Source of the DNA: the human T2T-CHM13v2.0 reference genome, Homo sapiens
Assembly: GCF_009914755.1 (NCBI RefSeq)
Contig: NC_060942.1
Direction: 5' to 3' (one strand)
DNA length: 64,000 nt
How positions within the stretch are numbered: the stretch's first letter is position 1; each line of letters starts with the position of its first letter. A program made the translations under genes and the position numbers. Below are positions 13,190 to 28,226 of this stretch, piece after piece. The notes under the pieces were generated by a model that was given only the letters and a program-made list of their open reading frames with translations, was not told the DNA's origin and did no database searches.

Positions 13190-13673
13190 TTGCCTCCCTC
13201 TCTTAGTTCCTGACTGAAGTTAGTTCCTGAACTTCAGTCAGGCTCCTCTGAACCCTCTTCTCACCTACACCTAAACTTTCGTACTTCCATATTCATCTTT
13301 TCATAACCCAGATTTAGCAAGAATACTGCTAAATCAGTTTAGAGAGCATCCCTTACCCTTGATATCTGATCATTCTCAATACCTGATCAAATTCTTCATC
13401 CCCACCACTCCTCAAGGAATATTTGATTTCCCTGCCTTCAGCAAGAATCTCATTAAATTTGTTTAACCAGAATCACCTCTTCTGGATATTTCTTAGTAAT
13501 TTTTCCATCCACTGACCCCAATCCTGCTTCTCGGCTATACACCCGCCTTAGTGCTTGCTGTATTTTGGAACTAAGACCAGTTCTATATGTAGTTCTTTAT
13601 CCTTTGCCATAGCTCCTGAATAAAATCTGTTCTTACCAATTTAACTAGTCTCTGGCTCTGATTTTCTTTAACA
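13190..13673 (+). mobile_element. ERV1 LTR, MER31/MER67 family (copy 2)
   Basis: agtcaggctcctctgaaccctcttctc, ccagttctata, ctgaataaaatctg, ends ttctttaaca. Confidence 0.85.
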
Positions 13674-14005
13674 ATGTTAAGAATGATTGATATCGCTACT
13701 CAAATGTCACACCATTCTATTCACACATTTAAACCTTCCTCTATCAGGTAGCAGTACACGATAGTCATGGAAGCTATCAAGAAGCAATAGAAAGAACTGT
13801 TATGGGCTAAGTTAATTGCTATGCAATTGGGAAGGAATTGTGGAGCCTGAAGAAATTTTGAACAAATTTAAGAAAGAAGATATGAAAGCATTTTAATAAA
13901 TAATAGAAATATTTGGATATTAGACTTGAGAAACATACAGCCAACATCAGAAATAAATGAATCAGTCAGGGACTTACCTGTTACAGTTATTTATAAGAAC
14001 ACCTA

Positions 14006-14415
<410 letters not shown>

Positions 14416-15670
14416 TTAAATGTGGAATCTTCTGACCCACCGCTGAGACAGAATCAAAGCAAAAGGAGCCAGCTGAGCTTTGTTTCAGAATTCAAAAGAT
14501 AATTTTAGAAAGATTGATTTGTATAAGTTTCTTTTGTGTTTTACAAAGTGGATCCCCTATAGGACATCTAACAGGCATTTCCATTTGGGGGAGATAATTT
14601 ATAAAAAACAATTTTTGAAAAATCTCTCCTAAGTACCTATCAAGCTCAACCTGTTATCACACTGGAGAGAATCTGCTATCAGTCAGACTGGAGATTAAAT
14701 TTTATTTCATTTTATGTTACACAGTTTTATATCCTTAGAAAATTGGCATTCTATTATTCCTTGCTAAAGAGCAACTTCATAAGAAACTCAAACAACATAA
14801 TTCTATCCTTTTTTCAGATATTTTAATTGTACTGACTTTATAATATCTTAATACATTGGTTCTAAAAATCTAATAACAATGGTCTATCTTTTACTCCCAA
14901 AACATTCATTTATATACACACAAGAACACAATATTGAGAAATAGGTAACGATCAACATGTCCCAAGTAAGAACAGTTGTCCTAGAAAATACCAGCATAAG
15001 TCATAAATCAATATTTTGATCAGAATGTTAGAGTATCAATGAACAATGCAATTGTGAATTGTGGCTTTTATTATTTAAAAGTTTCCCTTATCTCATTTAA
15101 TTATTTTTATCATTTTGGTCTGATCAAAGTTATAATCACTGCATTAACTTTGTTTCTATTTTGGGGGTTTATTCCTAATTTTTCTTTGAATTTACAATCG
15201 TAAATCACTGTGTTTCAGGAGGTTCTTGGTATATTACAGTGCTGGATTTTTTGTACCAATTTAAAATTTGCTTTATTTTAATAGGCAAGTTAAGTCCATT
15301 CACATTCTTGTACTCATGTTCTTATTCTTGTTTTAGTCTAAGGTTTAAAATTGAATATAATAAATCTTCATCAATTAGCTATTTTTTTTCAAAGCTTTAC
15401 CAATCTTCTCTTGATTGGATGGAGGAATATATACATATATATTTATGATAGAATTCATGGGTACAGTATTTCCAGGGTTCTTGCCTACTTAGAACTATTT
15501 TTCTATAGCCTTGATACTTACAAGACAACTTGGCTGGATATAAAATACTTGTCCTGCACTTTTCTGAACCATGTTAACTGTTTGGTCTGTTTTTCTGGAG
15601 ATACTAAGGATTCTTTTTTCTTTATAGTCCGCTAGTTTTACTAAGTTATGTCTTGAAATTAATAGTTTCA

Positions 15671-15975
<305 letters not shown>

Positions 15976-16990
15976 TCAGATTTTTTTTTTCAGGTACAAG
16001 TGGGTCATTTCAATAAGTAAACACATATTTTCTTTAATTTCTAGAACTTTTTATTGAATCGTGGTTTTTTTTTTTTTTACATATTGTTGTTTTTATTCTT
16101 CAAGGATTTGACTTTTTATGCTGTTGAATATTTTTTGCCTGGTTTTCATTTCTACCACATTTTCTCTGACTTTTTAGACCTTGTAAAAATTATTATTAAT
16201 CACATGTTAATTCTCTTGATTGTTTCCCTGCTCTCCAAATGTTTCAGTTTTCATTCCAAACTATTCTCCCAAGGGTACCTTGTGATTTGTCCCTTATTTC
16301 TCAGATGATTTTGTCTTTTCCTACAATTTCTTTTTTCTCAGTATATATCTTCTTTAAGTTATTTCTGTTTCTGAGTTTTTCAATTTCTGATTCTGTGTTT
16401 AAATTCATCTACACACGATTATTTGAGGATGTTTAATTCAGTTAAGCTTCTTGTAGTACATGTCAATGCTTTGTTAAATTTTGGGGGAGAATATTTATTA
16501 GCTTAAAACAGTTGATTCCCTCTTCTTTTTTCTTCTTAGGGTAGTTTTGTATCATGTTTGTGTCACCTTTTTTTCTCTGTTTCTATGCATTACATATTCA
16601 GTTATCACATCAAGGGTGTTGTCTTCTCTCAGGTTAGTAAACTGCAGGATTTTTTTTTTTATTTCAAATTAGGTAACATTGACAGGTGGTGAGGATCATA
16701 GAAGTAATTGTCATATATTGTTTCTCTTTGTTTTCAACAGAATCTTTAGTTTTCTTCATTACCTTCCTACCTTTTCCTTCACTGCCACATCTTGAAGATG
16801 AATACCACTTTTCTACTTATTTCCATCTCCCTGAGAAGCAGATTGTCAGTTCTGGTTCTGTTTACTGTCAAGGACATTATCACTGCTGTGAAACATAAAC
16901 TTTCAGACTAATTTTCAGTATTTTGGCAATTAGCGTTATATGGCTTTCTTTCAAAAGATGATTTTACCAATATTTCATTTAAGTACTTGA

Positions 16991-17397
<407 letters not shown>

Positions 17398-20149
17398 TCT
17401 GCTTTATTTTTCTACTTAGAGGTAATTTGACATTCATGGCATAGATCACATGTGGTTTAATTGTACTTTTTGTTGGTACTTTGGCTCTGCAGAAGGATGT
17501 ATGGAGAAATTCAGATTCAAGAGGCCAACTATATTCTCCTATTCATTTCTCACTGACCAGTAAACCCTTATGTGTAAGATGGAGCCCACAAAATTCTTGA
17601 AGTATAGATCTTCAAAACTTGATGCTGAAAATGAGCAATTAATTTTTTCATGGAGAATTTAGGTCAAATATGAACTAAACACAATATATTTAGTTTCTCT
17701 TCTTATCTATGCATCAGATTATTTCAATTAGAGGACTAGAATCTATTTGTCTAAAAAGGCCGAGAGAAAAGTGTAAGAAAGACTGTCACTGGATACCAAT
17801 TTGGTCAAGACCGCTTAGAACAAGAAAAATCATGCTGTCCGTTCCAAAAGATTTTAAAGTTCACCCATAAAACACCTATTGAGCATCTACTGTGTGCTAG
17901 ATATTGGCAATACCAAATAAATAGGTGGAACCCTTCAAATATAGTGAATTCTAGATGTGTTTTAGACATCCTGAATCAGAAAATTAAGCTGCATGCATGT
18001 GTGAGTGTGGGTAGTGGAGAGATTGATGGAAATAGGTGCCCTGGCATAAGTAGAATGTATAAGAACGCTATTTCCTAGCTCTGTCTTATAAAGAATTTAT
18101 TAGTGCGAAAGGCAAATGGCTGAACAAGCTTTTGGTGTCTTTGCTGCAATTATTTTTCACTTATGTCAAATGCAACATAAGTTATGCTGGAAGATGACCA
18201 TTGTGTTCTATGGAGTCTTTCCCAGATCCTCTCATCAAGTGGTCTCTCAGCCCTCAGAACTTCAAGGCCTCCTCTGAGTTCTTTATGAAAAATTGGCAGA
18301 AAAGTGAAGTAAGAGAATTCAGAGAATTGTGTGACAGAATGTTAAGTAAAAAAAGTGCCATAAATATTGTACATTACTGTATCCACAGTCTATTATCAAA
18401 ACTCAGTTACTTGGCTCCTCCTAACTACTATGAGATGGGGGTGCATGTTAGGAAGAAAAGAAAACAGGTTTGCTGAACACATAGCAGGCTTCAGCATAAG
18501 GGGGAAAAGGATATTTAAAGGAAAGGTGGAAATGTCAAATGAAGGAAAATGAAATGTTATACTTTCCCCCCCAAAAAAAAATCATTTTCTGAAAAAAATA
18601 ACTTTGGCTTTAATGTTACTCTGTATCTTACTAGCTTCTATAAGAAATGCTTCTAAATTATCTGAATAAGCCCCTTTTAATTTTTGATGAATATTAACAG
18701 AAATTATTATTAAAAACCATACTTTTAAAAATTTTTGTAGGGTGTAAAACCTACATGCTAGAAATATATGTATAATTATATTTATTGCTTTTAAAAATTA
18801 ATTATCTAGATAGGAGTACATCTGAAATAATATGTGAAGCGTTTTTTCAGGTTAACTATGTGGTCATCATAAAAATATCTGGGAAAAGAAATAACAATAG
18901 GAGGCTTTTTCTACTTTATGCACATAAACGCTTCTTTGAAAGTTGGTTAGTGGCTTTATGGATACAAAGAAAGTGAAGAGTGTGTATGAGTAGAGAAGAC
19001 ATTGGGTCTGAATATTTGCAATCTTTATAAAAGTAATTAGGGATGAAAATAAAGAATGCTTAGTAGACTCAATAGCCCTTTGCTTTAACTTCTAAAATTA
19101 TTACAGTTAATTTATTACCCTTGTATAGCAAGTAAGAATACTACCCTACCAGAGAAATGGACATTACTTAACGGTAAGCCCTGGATACTGTTAGGAAGTA
19201 CCTGATGGATTTCATATCAAAGACCCTTTTTCTTTATTAGTGGCTATATCATTAACATATGTTATGTAAATGTAGTGTTTCCAAGGACTTTATAAAATAT
19301 TCATTAAGTACATATAATAAATAATGGCCAAATGCATCTTAAATGTTCATACAATGGCAGTGGTGACAGATTAAAAACAATCATTTTTTAAAGCAAACAC
19401 ATTTTGTGTGGACGTCTTTTTTCATGCACATATTTTTATTTAAATTTCCATTTTATTATTCAGATATTCCCATAATTTACTATTTCATTTTAAAGTTAAA
19501 TATAAGTCAACTGCTTCTTACTTTGCATAATTCAGTATTAAATCATCAAATTTACTTCTCTGAAAATCTGACAATATTATATATCACCCTCCTTGGAATG
19601 TCAGTGGTATTTGGCCAGAGGCAGAGACTGTCAGTTATGAAAGAGGAAAATTATAGAAAGGGGTTATTTCCTACAAAATAATATATATATATAGCATAAG
19701 ATCATATAACTCATTATTCCTCCTCCAACCCACACCCACTCCTCCAAAAAATACTTGATATTTATGCGAAGTACTAAAGTAAAGCAATTTAGAGAATAAT
19801 ACAATCTAAAAACTCAAAGACAGAAGATGGCAAATCACTGCTTTCCCTTTGAGAATTGATGTCCTGTCAGTGAAATGGGAAAAATGAGATTGGGAGACAG
19901 GTCACTAAGATTTAGCCCCATTTGTCTTGGTTTTTGGGACCATGAAAAAATTACTCAAACTCTCTGACTTAATTTTCTCGTCTGAAAAATGTGAAGAGGG
20001 AAGAGAGATAACTTAAAACCGCCTCCAAATTAAGCATTCTGCAATACCTCTTTCTTCATTTAATTGTTACCATCATCACCATTCCTTCCTCATCTATTTA
20101 GGATCTGGTTATTTCTCTTGTACTTCAGTCCTCTATTTTAATCATTCTG

Positions 20150-20600
20150 TTTCTGTCACATTGGCCTTCAGAGTTTGTCATACCTTTCAGTAACACCCTT
20201 TCCCAAGGAGAGTCTTTGTTGGTGCTTCTACCTCTGCCTGGAGAACTCTCCTCCAGATACCTGCATGGCTTGCTCTATATTTCTTTCAGATTATTACTCA
20301 CTTGGGCCTTCTCTGGGAGGTGTTCTCTCATTACTGAATTTAAATCAAAACCCATTCCTCCTCCTTGGAACTCCCTATGTTCCCTTGCTGGCATTCTTTC
20401 ATTCAAAAATAGTATGTGTCAGACGCTGTTTAGATAGTTGGGATATGTCAATGGACAAAACAGATGAAGACCCTTGCCTTCTAAAGGTTTACATTTGAGA
20501 AGAAGATGGGGAGTTGTGGAGGAGGACAGCCAGTGAAATTACACACACATTTGCTTACACAGTAATAGTATGTTTAATGGTGACAACAGCAACAAAAAAT
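20150..20600. mobile_element. Two abutting L2 fragments in opposite orientation
   Basis: cctctgcctggagaactctcctccagatacctgcatggct (+) then cattcaaaaatagtatgtgtcagacgctg (-). Confidence 0.55.
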
Positions 20601-21259
20601 AAAATTATTATAGCACTGTTATTAAAATAAACATTTATTATGGTAGGTAGGATAAAATTCTATGACAATTAGATAAATATAGCATTTTCAACAAGAATAA
20701 GAACCATGTACCATTTTCCACTATTAAATAACTTGTTCATATAGTTTATAAAAAAGATAATAATGAGTATTAAATTATTATGTCTTTTATGTCCAAATAT
20801 ATTTACAAGAAATTATAGGATTTTTATTGAAGACATCATTATTTAAAATAAGGCAGAAATTATATCTTTTAAAACAATTTAAATTTAGGATAATATTTTA
20901 TATATCAATTTAAAAGTATTTAAGTTTGATTTATAACCTTACAAAATTCCTTGAAGGAACAATTTAACAAAATTGTTTTGAGAGCCATGCAGTAACTTGG
21001 TTAGGTTACAGAGCAATATCAAGGAATCAAATTGATTGGGCCATAGGACCCCAAAGCCAGACTCTTTCCATTGTGCTAATTGGTTTTCATTAATTCCTTC
21101 CTCTTACCTGAAAATTTATGCACCACGTGGGCCATTGATATTTGCTGAGTAATAACACACACGTACACTAAATGTTAATTTTTGAATGAATAAATAAATA
21201 AATGCATCTAAAATTAACTTTTGACTCAAAGTCAAATTAAGGTAAAAGCAGGGAGACTG

Positions 21260-21599
21260 GGCTGGGCCTGGTGGCTCACGCTTGTAACCCAGCACTTTGG
21301 GAGGCCAAGGCGGGCCGATTACCTGAGGTCAGGAGTTCAAGACCAGCCTGACCAACATGGAGAAACCCCGTCTCTATTAAAAATACAAAATTAGCCGGGC
21401 TTGGTGGCACATGTCTGTAATCCCAGCTACTCGGGAAGCTGAGGCAAGAGAATTGCTTCAATCAGGGAGGTGGAGGTTGCAGTGAGCTGAGATAGCTGAG
21501 ATAGTGCCATTGCACTCCAGCCTGGGCAACAAGAGCGAAACTCCATCTCAAACAAACAAATAAATAAATAAATCAAATAAATAAATAAATAAATAAAAG
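21260..21599 (+). mobile_element. AluSp-like element with (TAAA)n tail and 15-bp TSD
   Basis: cctgaccaacatggagaaacccc; caacaagagcgaaactcc; TSD aaagcagggaga(c/g)tg at 21245-21259 and 21600-21614; internal 9-bp duplication agctgagat. Confidence 0.95.
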
Positions 21600-24394
21600 A
21601 AAGCAGGGAGAGTGTTCTTTTATTTTCCCCTCAGCACACATATTTACAAACATTTTCTAAATTGCATTGAGTTGAGGATCAGAAATAGAGCTACAAGAAT
21701 CCATAGCACAGGATCTTTCCCAAGGAAGACATGCCCAGAGGAAGCATGGCAGAACAGCACCCAGCACCTAGGCAGCCAAGCTGCTGAGCACGGAGAATAA
21801 GACTGAGATAACCACCAACCTGGAATGGCCCCAAACAGGAGTGATAGGATCTTTTTAAAGTCAAGGTAAAAGGGAGGTACTAAGAATAGTAAAATAGGGT
21901 CCTTGTGGAGTTTGGTAAAGATCTCCTAATTCTCTTTGCAGCTTTTAATACTGACAATGTTGATCTTCTGTACTGAAAGAATGTTGAATCAGAAATTGGG
22001 TAAGAGGTATCCCGATCCCACTTTAATGACAGCTTTCATTTTTTTTCTAATTAATGCATTTCTACAATGAAAGAAGTTCTCCTCTGTTTTCTCTAGGAAT
22101 AATACAGGTTCTAAATTTCTATAAAATTAACATTTAGAAAGGGGTATTCAGCACTGGTGGTTTGGTGCTTTCCAGATCAAAAGCATAATTCAGCATATTT
22201 ATATTAAAGTAATGAAGCTCATTAATGCAGGCTAATACCAAACCTATACTTCCCAGAGTCAGAATTTCTGAACCAATTATTTTCTTAGAACAAATCCATC
22301 ACAGTTCAAAGATGGGAAGGGAATCTGAGATTGTGATTTAATTTGTTTATTTAGTCATAAGACATTTACTGAAGGGCTGGTATGTCTACCTTTCTATAGG
22401 TGTGTGGTTATAGGATATGGATGGTTGAGAAGAAAAGGACTGAGATTTGGGGGTTGAGGGACAGATTAGAAAACAGCATCATTTGGTTGGGGAAATGGTG
22501 TTCAACTAAGCAGCTGGATGAGAGCAGCACCTTTTGCAATTCATCATTTCCCTGAGTGTTTTTCCTTCTATGGAATGTTCCCCTTTACTTTCTTGACATT
22601 TCCCCACAAACTCACTGCTAATGGAAAGAAATTGTGCTTTCCAGGACTTTAAAAACTCTATTCATCTTCACTGACTGATTTTCAAGGATGATTGATGAGA
22701 CACAAAAAGGCAAAGAATATTAAAAACTAAATATTACCAGTCATTATTTATTTGCTGTATGCTGATAGTTTATTTTGAACTTAAACAAAGAAGAAAAATA
22801 GACATTTTCACTAATATTTTCTCAAGTATTTTATCATTTAGGATAAACCTCATCTCCTTAGGTAAATGAAATACCTAAGGAGTATTTCAGTATGCAGTGC
22901 CCTGCATACCTGTGCCAACATACGTAAATACAACTCTCTCTGTAGTGCCATTCTTACAGCATAATAACTAATGGAGACAATTACTGGAGTCTCATCTACA
23001 TGAATGGGTGGTAGTAACTACAGACAATTCCAAAGCATTCAGATTTTAAAATGTGTATAATTTGTCACAGGAGTTATTGTAGATGTTAACATCTAATCCA
23101 TATGAGAATTAACATTGTTATCATTTGCCACAATAAGAATTTACTCTGTCTTGACACCCTGATCCTGCAATGAAAACATTTTCTGATATTTCAGATAATC
23201 ATGTTAGTAACTAATGGGCACCAACGTATACCCGCGGCTGAAGGTTTTACTTTCATTGGTTTAGAAGATTATCAAAGCATTAAGGCACCCGTGATTTAAG
23301 TGTTGTAATATCTGCATACATCCTAAGCATTTTCTTTTGTTTGATGAATCTCTATCCTACTTGTAACAATTTTGTAAAAACACTTTGAGAAGAGATCATA
23401 GAATAGTCAACTACCTACCTTATCAGAAGGGCATTGGGAGGGCACAAATACTATTTTTACCTCACCTCTAATATCTTTTTACCTCCTGCCTGGAACTTCC
23501 CATTTTGTGCCTTGTATCATGAATGTGTTTGGCTTCCTAGACTCTTTTCTTAAGACATCATTAGCTTCCCTCAGCTTCCATAGTCCTTCATGAAAAAAAC
23601 TGAAAATGGAGGATGCACCATATCCTGAATAAAAGGCACACTCTTTCATGGCCTTATCTAGACCATATCTATTTAAATTAATTACGGTAATAATGGTGAT
23701 AATCTTTATAATATTATATTTTCATAGGGTTATTTTGGTTTATACATTATTTTAACTGTATTTTTCTTTTCACAACATATGTGAAATGACATCAATCTAA
23801 AGGCAATGGCTAATAGGCTGGGTGTCAGATGCAAGATAGGCAGTCCTGATAGGCTGGAATGATGGGACAAACCCAGAAAGATAAAATGTAACAGAATCAT
23901 GCAAAAATCTTGTATTTTAGTCAATAATCAATGTGACAATTACAAAACTACAAGAATGAGTCAGTGCTGTATGACATCTGTTCAAATGAAAAAAGATGTG
24001 GAGGTTAGGATCAGATCTACATAATTATCTGACACAACATAAAATTTGAAGGATTTGCACAGTTTTAGAACAGATTGTGACCACATTATTAATTTTCAAC
24101 ATATCACTTGTTGGTCCACTAGGCTGGATTTGTTATGGTGACACAAACACAACCACTGACTAGATCAGTCCCTGGACTGGATTTCATCTTGCCTCCACAG
24201 TAAACATGCTTCGGCTCCACACAGTACCCTGAGATGAGCTCTGCCTAAAGCTGGGCTGCTTCTACTGGCTTCTAGTCACCTGACAGGCAGAGGCCTTGGC
24301 TCCCTAGAGACTGGGAACATGGTGTCTGGCAGACAACACAGGGTCTTCCACAGTCAACATTTACAGAACTGAATCATACCTATTCTGTCTAGAG

Positions 24395-24737
24395 CAGTGG
24401 TTCTTAAAATATGGTAAAATAACCCTTAGGGTCTGAGAGGCCCTTTCATAGGGTAAATGAGGTTCTCCCTTTTCCCACTTGTCTGTATAAAACCAGCTTT
24501 CCTTATGTACTCAACCAAAACAACATACTTTAGTATATTGAACACAGAAACAGATAGACAAATGCAATTGTCTTTTAAGCTATGCATCCATGGATAATTT
24601 AAAACAAAACTTCAGTTTTAATTTATAGTATGGTAGATATCAATAAAAATAATTCACATAAACAAAGCTCTTCAGGGTGCTCAGTAATTTTCAAGTGTTT
24701 AGTGTGATCCTCAGATCAAAAAGTTTGAGTGCCACTG
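24395..24737. mobile_element. Non-autonomous hAT-Charlie DNA transposon
   Basis: Termini cagtggttctt...tttgagtgccactg; degenerate 8-bp TSD gtctagag/atctaagg. Confidence 0.8.
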
Positions 24738-26159
24738 ATCTAAGGTAAAACTTCACCCTTCCAAATAAAAAAAAGCTATAATTACTCACACATCAATTAA
24801 TAAGTATTTCAAAAGCCTATAATCAAAGATGACACAATTTGAAAACATACTTGGACTAGTTGTCTGTATGACTCCAGATCATTTCTTTTTTCTCATTTCC
24901 TTTTATTTTTCTACCGTTTCTCCTTTCTCAATGTCATATATTCATGGCTATTGTGCTTATATCTCTCCCTTTTTTCTTATAATCTTCCGCTTTTTCACTC
25001 ATTTTGTCCCTCTTGCCATATCCAACTATTTCTCTCAATACTCTTTCTCCCTTTCTAGAACTTGCTGTCATTTTTTGCTTTTCCACTTCACCATTATCTT
25101 ACCTGTGCATAATATCAAATTATAGAATTAAAAATTAATGCTGTGCTTAATCAATAAAGTTTTAGTAAATTTCTGCCAAATCACTCCCTCTACTCTCATC
25201 CCAAGACAGCTAATATTAAAATTTTGGTGACTAAAAACCAAAACAACACCAAAAATAAATTTACAAGTTGTACTTAAATGTAATGCTTGCATTTTTCTCT
25301 TGATACGCTTTTCAGTATTCTTAGGAAAACATAAAGAGAAAATCAAGTTAAAATAAAATAAAATTATTATATTTATAAACTAACATATGAGGAGTCTACA
25401 AATGAGAAGAGTAAGCAAAATGTGAAGAAAAAGGAAGAAGTTTCTTTGAAAAGGTTTGAAGCCAGGGGCTTAGAGAGATGGAACATGCCAGGGAGCCATG
25501 AAATGGAGCATGGTTAGAAAATTTGGGACAATTTAATAATAGATGTCAAATTTAAAGTTTTGCTTGCTTTGTGTTTAAATTATACTCCTTTGTTTCTCCT
25601 CTTTAATAAATTACATTACACAAAAATATGAGGGGAGTTCTACTGTTTAAACCCATCATGGAGTGGAGGCTGACTGGTCAAAGAGGAGGGCAGCCTTGGA
25701 AGCTGAGAGCAAAAGTTGAAGTACATGAGGCCAATGAAATGGCTGCAGATGTGGGCTGACTCAGGGATAACCCACAGGGATCTGCGATCTATCAAATTTG
25801 GAATCACTAAAGGTACAAAGAAGGTATACTGTCACAATGTGTGTTATGCTGGGACCTGAACAATTCCATGGAGACATTTTCAGACTTTTAAGCCAGTTCC
25901 TTTAACAACCATTTTATTATATGGTTGTATTATATGGGTTCGCTAAATTCAAAGCTAACTGATGTCAGGCTCCTGTTTCTTTTGTATATCTATAACAATA
26001 ATACTAGTGTTAAACATGACATTAAGTGTAGCATGTATTCATTAAAAATTGGTGACTGGTTCTCTGCTGATATAAATAAATGCATCAAATATTTTGAAAC
26101 CAATAATTCAAAGAATTAGGTATTTAGGTTGTGAGATTACACAAAACTGTCAGTCTGGG

Positions 26160-26395
26160 AAAATGGTTAAGGAAACAAGTGCTAGAAGCTTAAGACATTT
26201 CCTGGATATTTACACATTATGTGGCTTTAGGAGAGTTATTAAGCAATTAGTCCTCTTTCATAGTTGCCTCATCTATAATGTAGGGTTAATAATAATACCC
26301 ACTATGGGGTTGTTATGAAAAGTAAGTGAAACAATATATGTAAAGAACTTAAACTAGTGACCAGACAATCGTAAGTTCTTGATAAACATTTACTG
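26160..26395 (+). mobile_element. MIR
   Basis: cctcatctataatgtagggttaataataatacc...tatgtaaagaacttaaac. Confidence 0.8.
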
Positions 26396-27773
26396 AGTTT
26401 ACTTTTAAACCATTTTATTTGGAATGACTCAAATGATTTGTCTTTTTCAATGTTTCATCATGGTCTCAGGGTCTATCTAGCTAAAATATGATGTTTTTTA
26501 TAAAACCACAGCTCACATATGTTCATATGATGTTGTCCCATCTGTTTGAAATATTACATTTCAATCAACTGGTGTTTCGCTTTAATGAATACACCTTGTT
26601 TGATGTTCCTTATATTATCATGGGAATGCCAGTTGTTCATTTTTCTGTTGTTTAATTAATGAATTAGTAGAGAAGAGAATATAACCAACAATCTGGTTTC
26701 TAAAATTGTTTCAACCACATGTTAGACTGAATTGAAAAATAGTTTGAATCTAGAGTAGTCACTCCATTTATTACTTGGTTAGGGTTGTTTTCTGTTGCTA
26801 GCTCTTCTTAATACATAAATTGTAGCATCACTAGTATGGCACTCCAACTCTCTGGAGGAAAAGTTAAGTGAATTATGGAGAGAAAACTGGCAAACCAGCA
26901 CTGACGGACATGATGATAGTGAATCTTGGCTTGTGAAATTCCAAAGACAGTGTGTAGTTCCCTTTCATAAACAATGACACAATAAGAACTACCGGGAAGT
27001 TGTCCAGGGTTTGATAGAAAGATCATTGAGCAACAGTGTCAGTGGAGCTAAATTCTCGTAACTTCAAATGCTGCTTCATTAAATTAATTCAGAGAAGTCA
27101 CAATGACAGCTCTAGCTCAATTTCTTTAGTTCTAAATCACAAGCACTGTACTAGATATGTTCTTTTTATTTCCTGTACATTTAATCAACAAACAACTGCA
27201 TGACAGCTAGGTCCTCTGTTAAGTTTTAGGGACACAGAGGTAAAAGGGGTAAATTCTATCTTCAAGGAACTCACAGCAGAATGAAGGATAAAAATTAAAA
27301 AGGTAATTACATCATTGTGCACTAAATGTTATGATAGTTAATTGCAGGTTCTAATTTAGCAAAGAAGAGGGAATGCACTCTAACCTTGGGGAGAATTAAT
27401 TATTTCTCTGAGAAGGCAGGACATCCTGAATCTTGAATAGTGAATATGTATTAATAGTTAATGATGCACATGGGTAAGAAATAGAGGAAACTTACAGGCA
27501 AAGGAAATAGCATGTGCCGAAGTTCCAAAGGCTCAGGCAACAAGCGGTATTCAGGCATTTCTGCTAATTCAGTATAGATGGAGCTCAGACTGGATGTAAG
27601 GTGTACAGCTTGCAGATGGAGGCTGGAGAGAAAATCTAAAGTCATATCACCAAGGGCCCATTGTATCATTAAACATTTTAAACTTTCTTCTGAAAGCAAT
27701 GGGTAATTGAGAAGGGATTTCCTTTTTTTTTTTTTTTTTTTTAATGAACGAGACATACTCAGAATTGCTTTTT

Positions 27774-28070
27774 ATTTGTTTGTCTGAGACAGGATCTTGC
27801 TCTGTCTCCCAGGATGGAGTACGGTGGCACAATTATGGCTCACTGCAGGCTTGAATTCCCTAAGTTAAGTGATTCTCCCACCTCAGCCTCTCTAGTAGCT
27901 GAGAGTGCAAGTGTGCACCACCAGGACAGGCTAATTTTTAATTTTTTGGTGTGTAAGGACAGTATCTTACTATGTTGTCCTGGCTGGTCTCAAACTCCTG
28001 GGCTCAAGTGATCCTACTGCCTTGGCCTCCCAAAGCACTAGGATTATAGGTGTAAGCAACCTTGCCCAGC
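27774..28070 (-). mobile_element. AluJ element with TSD
   Basis: ctcaaactcctgggctcaagtgatcc; TSD agaattg(c/a)ttttt at 27761 and 28071. Confidence 0.92.
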
Positions 28071-28226
28071 AGAATTGATTTTTGAAAATAAAATCTACCA
28101 GCAAAAATGAAGGAACAGATATAAATAGACATTTCTGGGAGCAGGAATACCTGTTAAGAATCAGCTGTGTGAAATCTGAATGAGAAAAGGTGAAGGCTGC
28201 ACAGAAGACTCCAGCAGTAGAGGTGG

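Noticed and set aside
26908-27000. ATGATGA box C-like motif suggesting a snoRNA
   Set aside because: No suitably placed CTGA box D or terminal stem seen.
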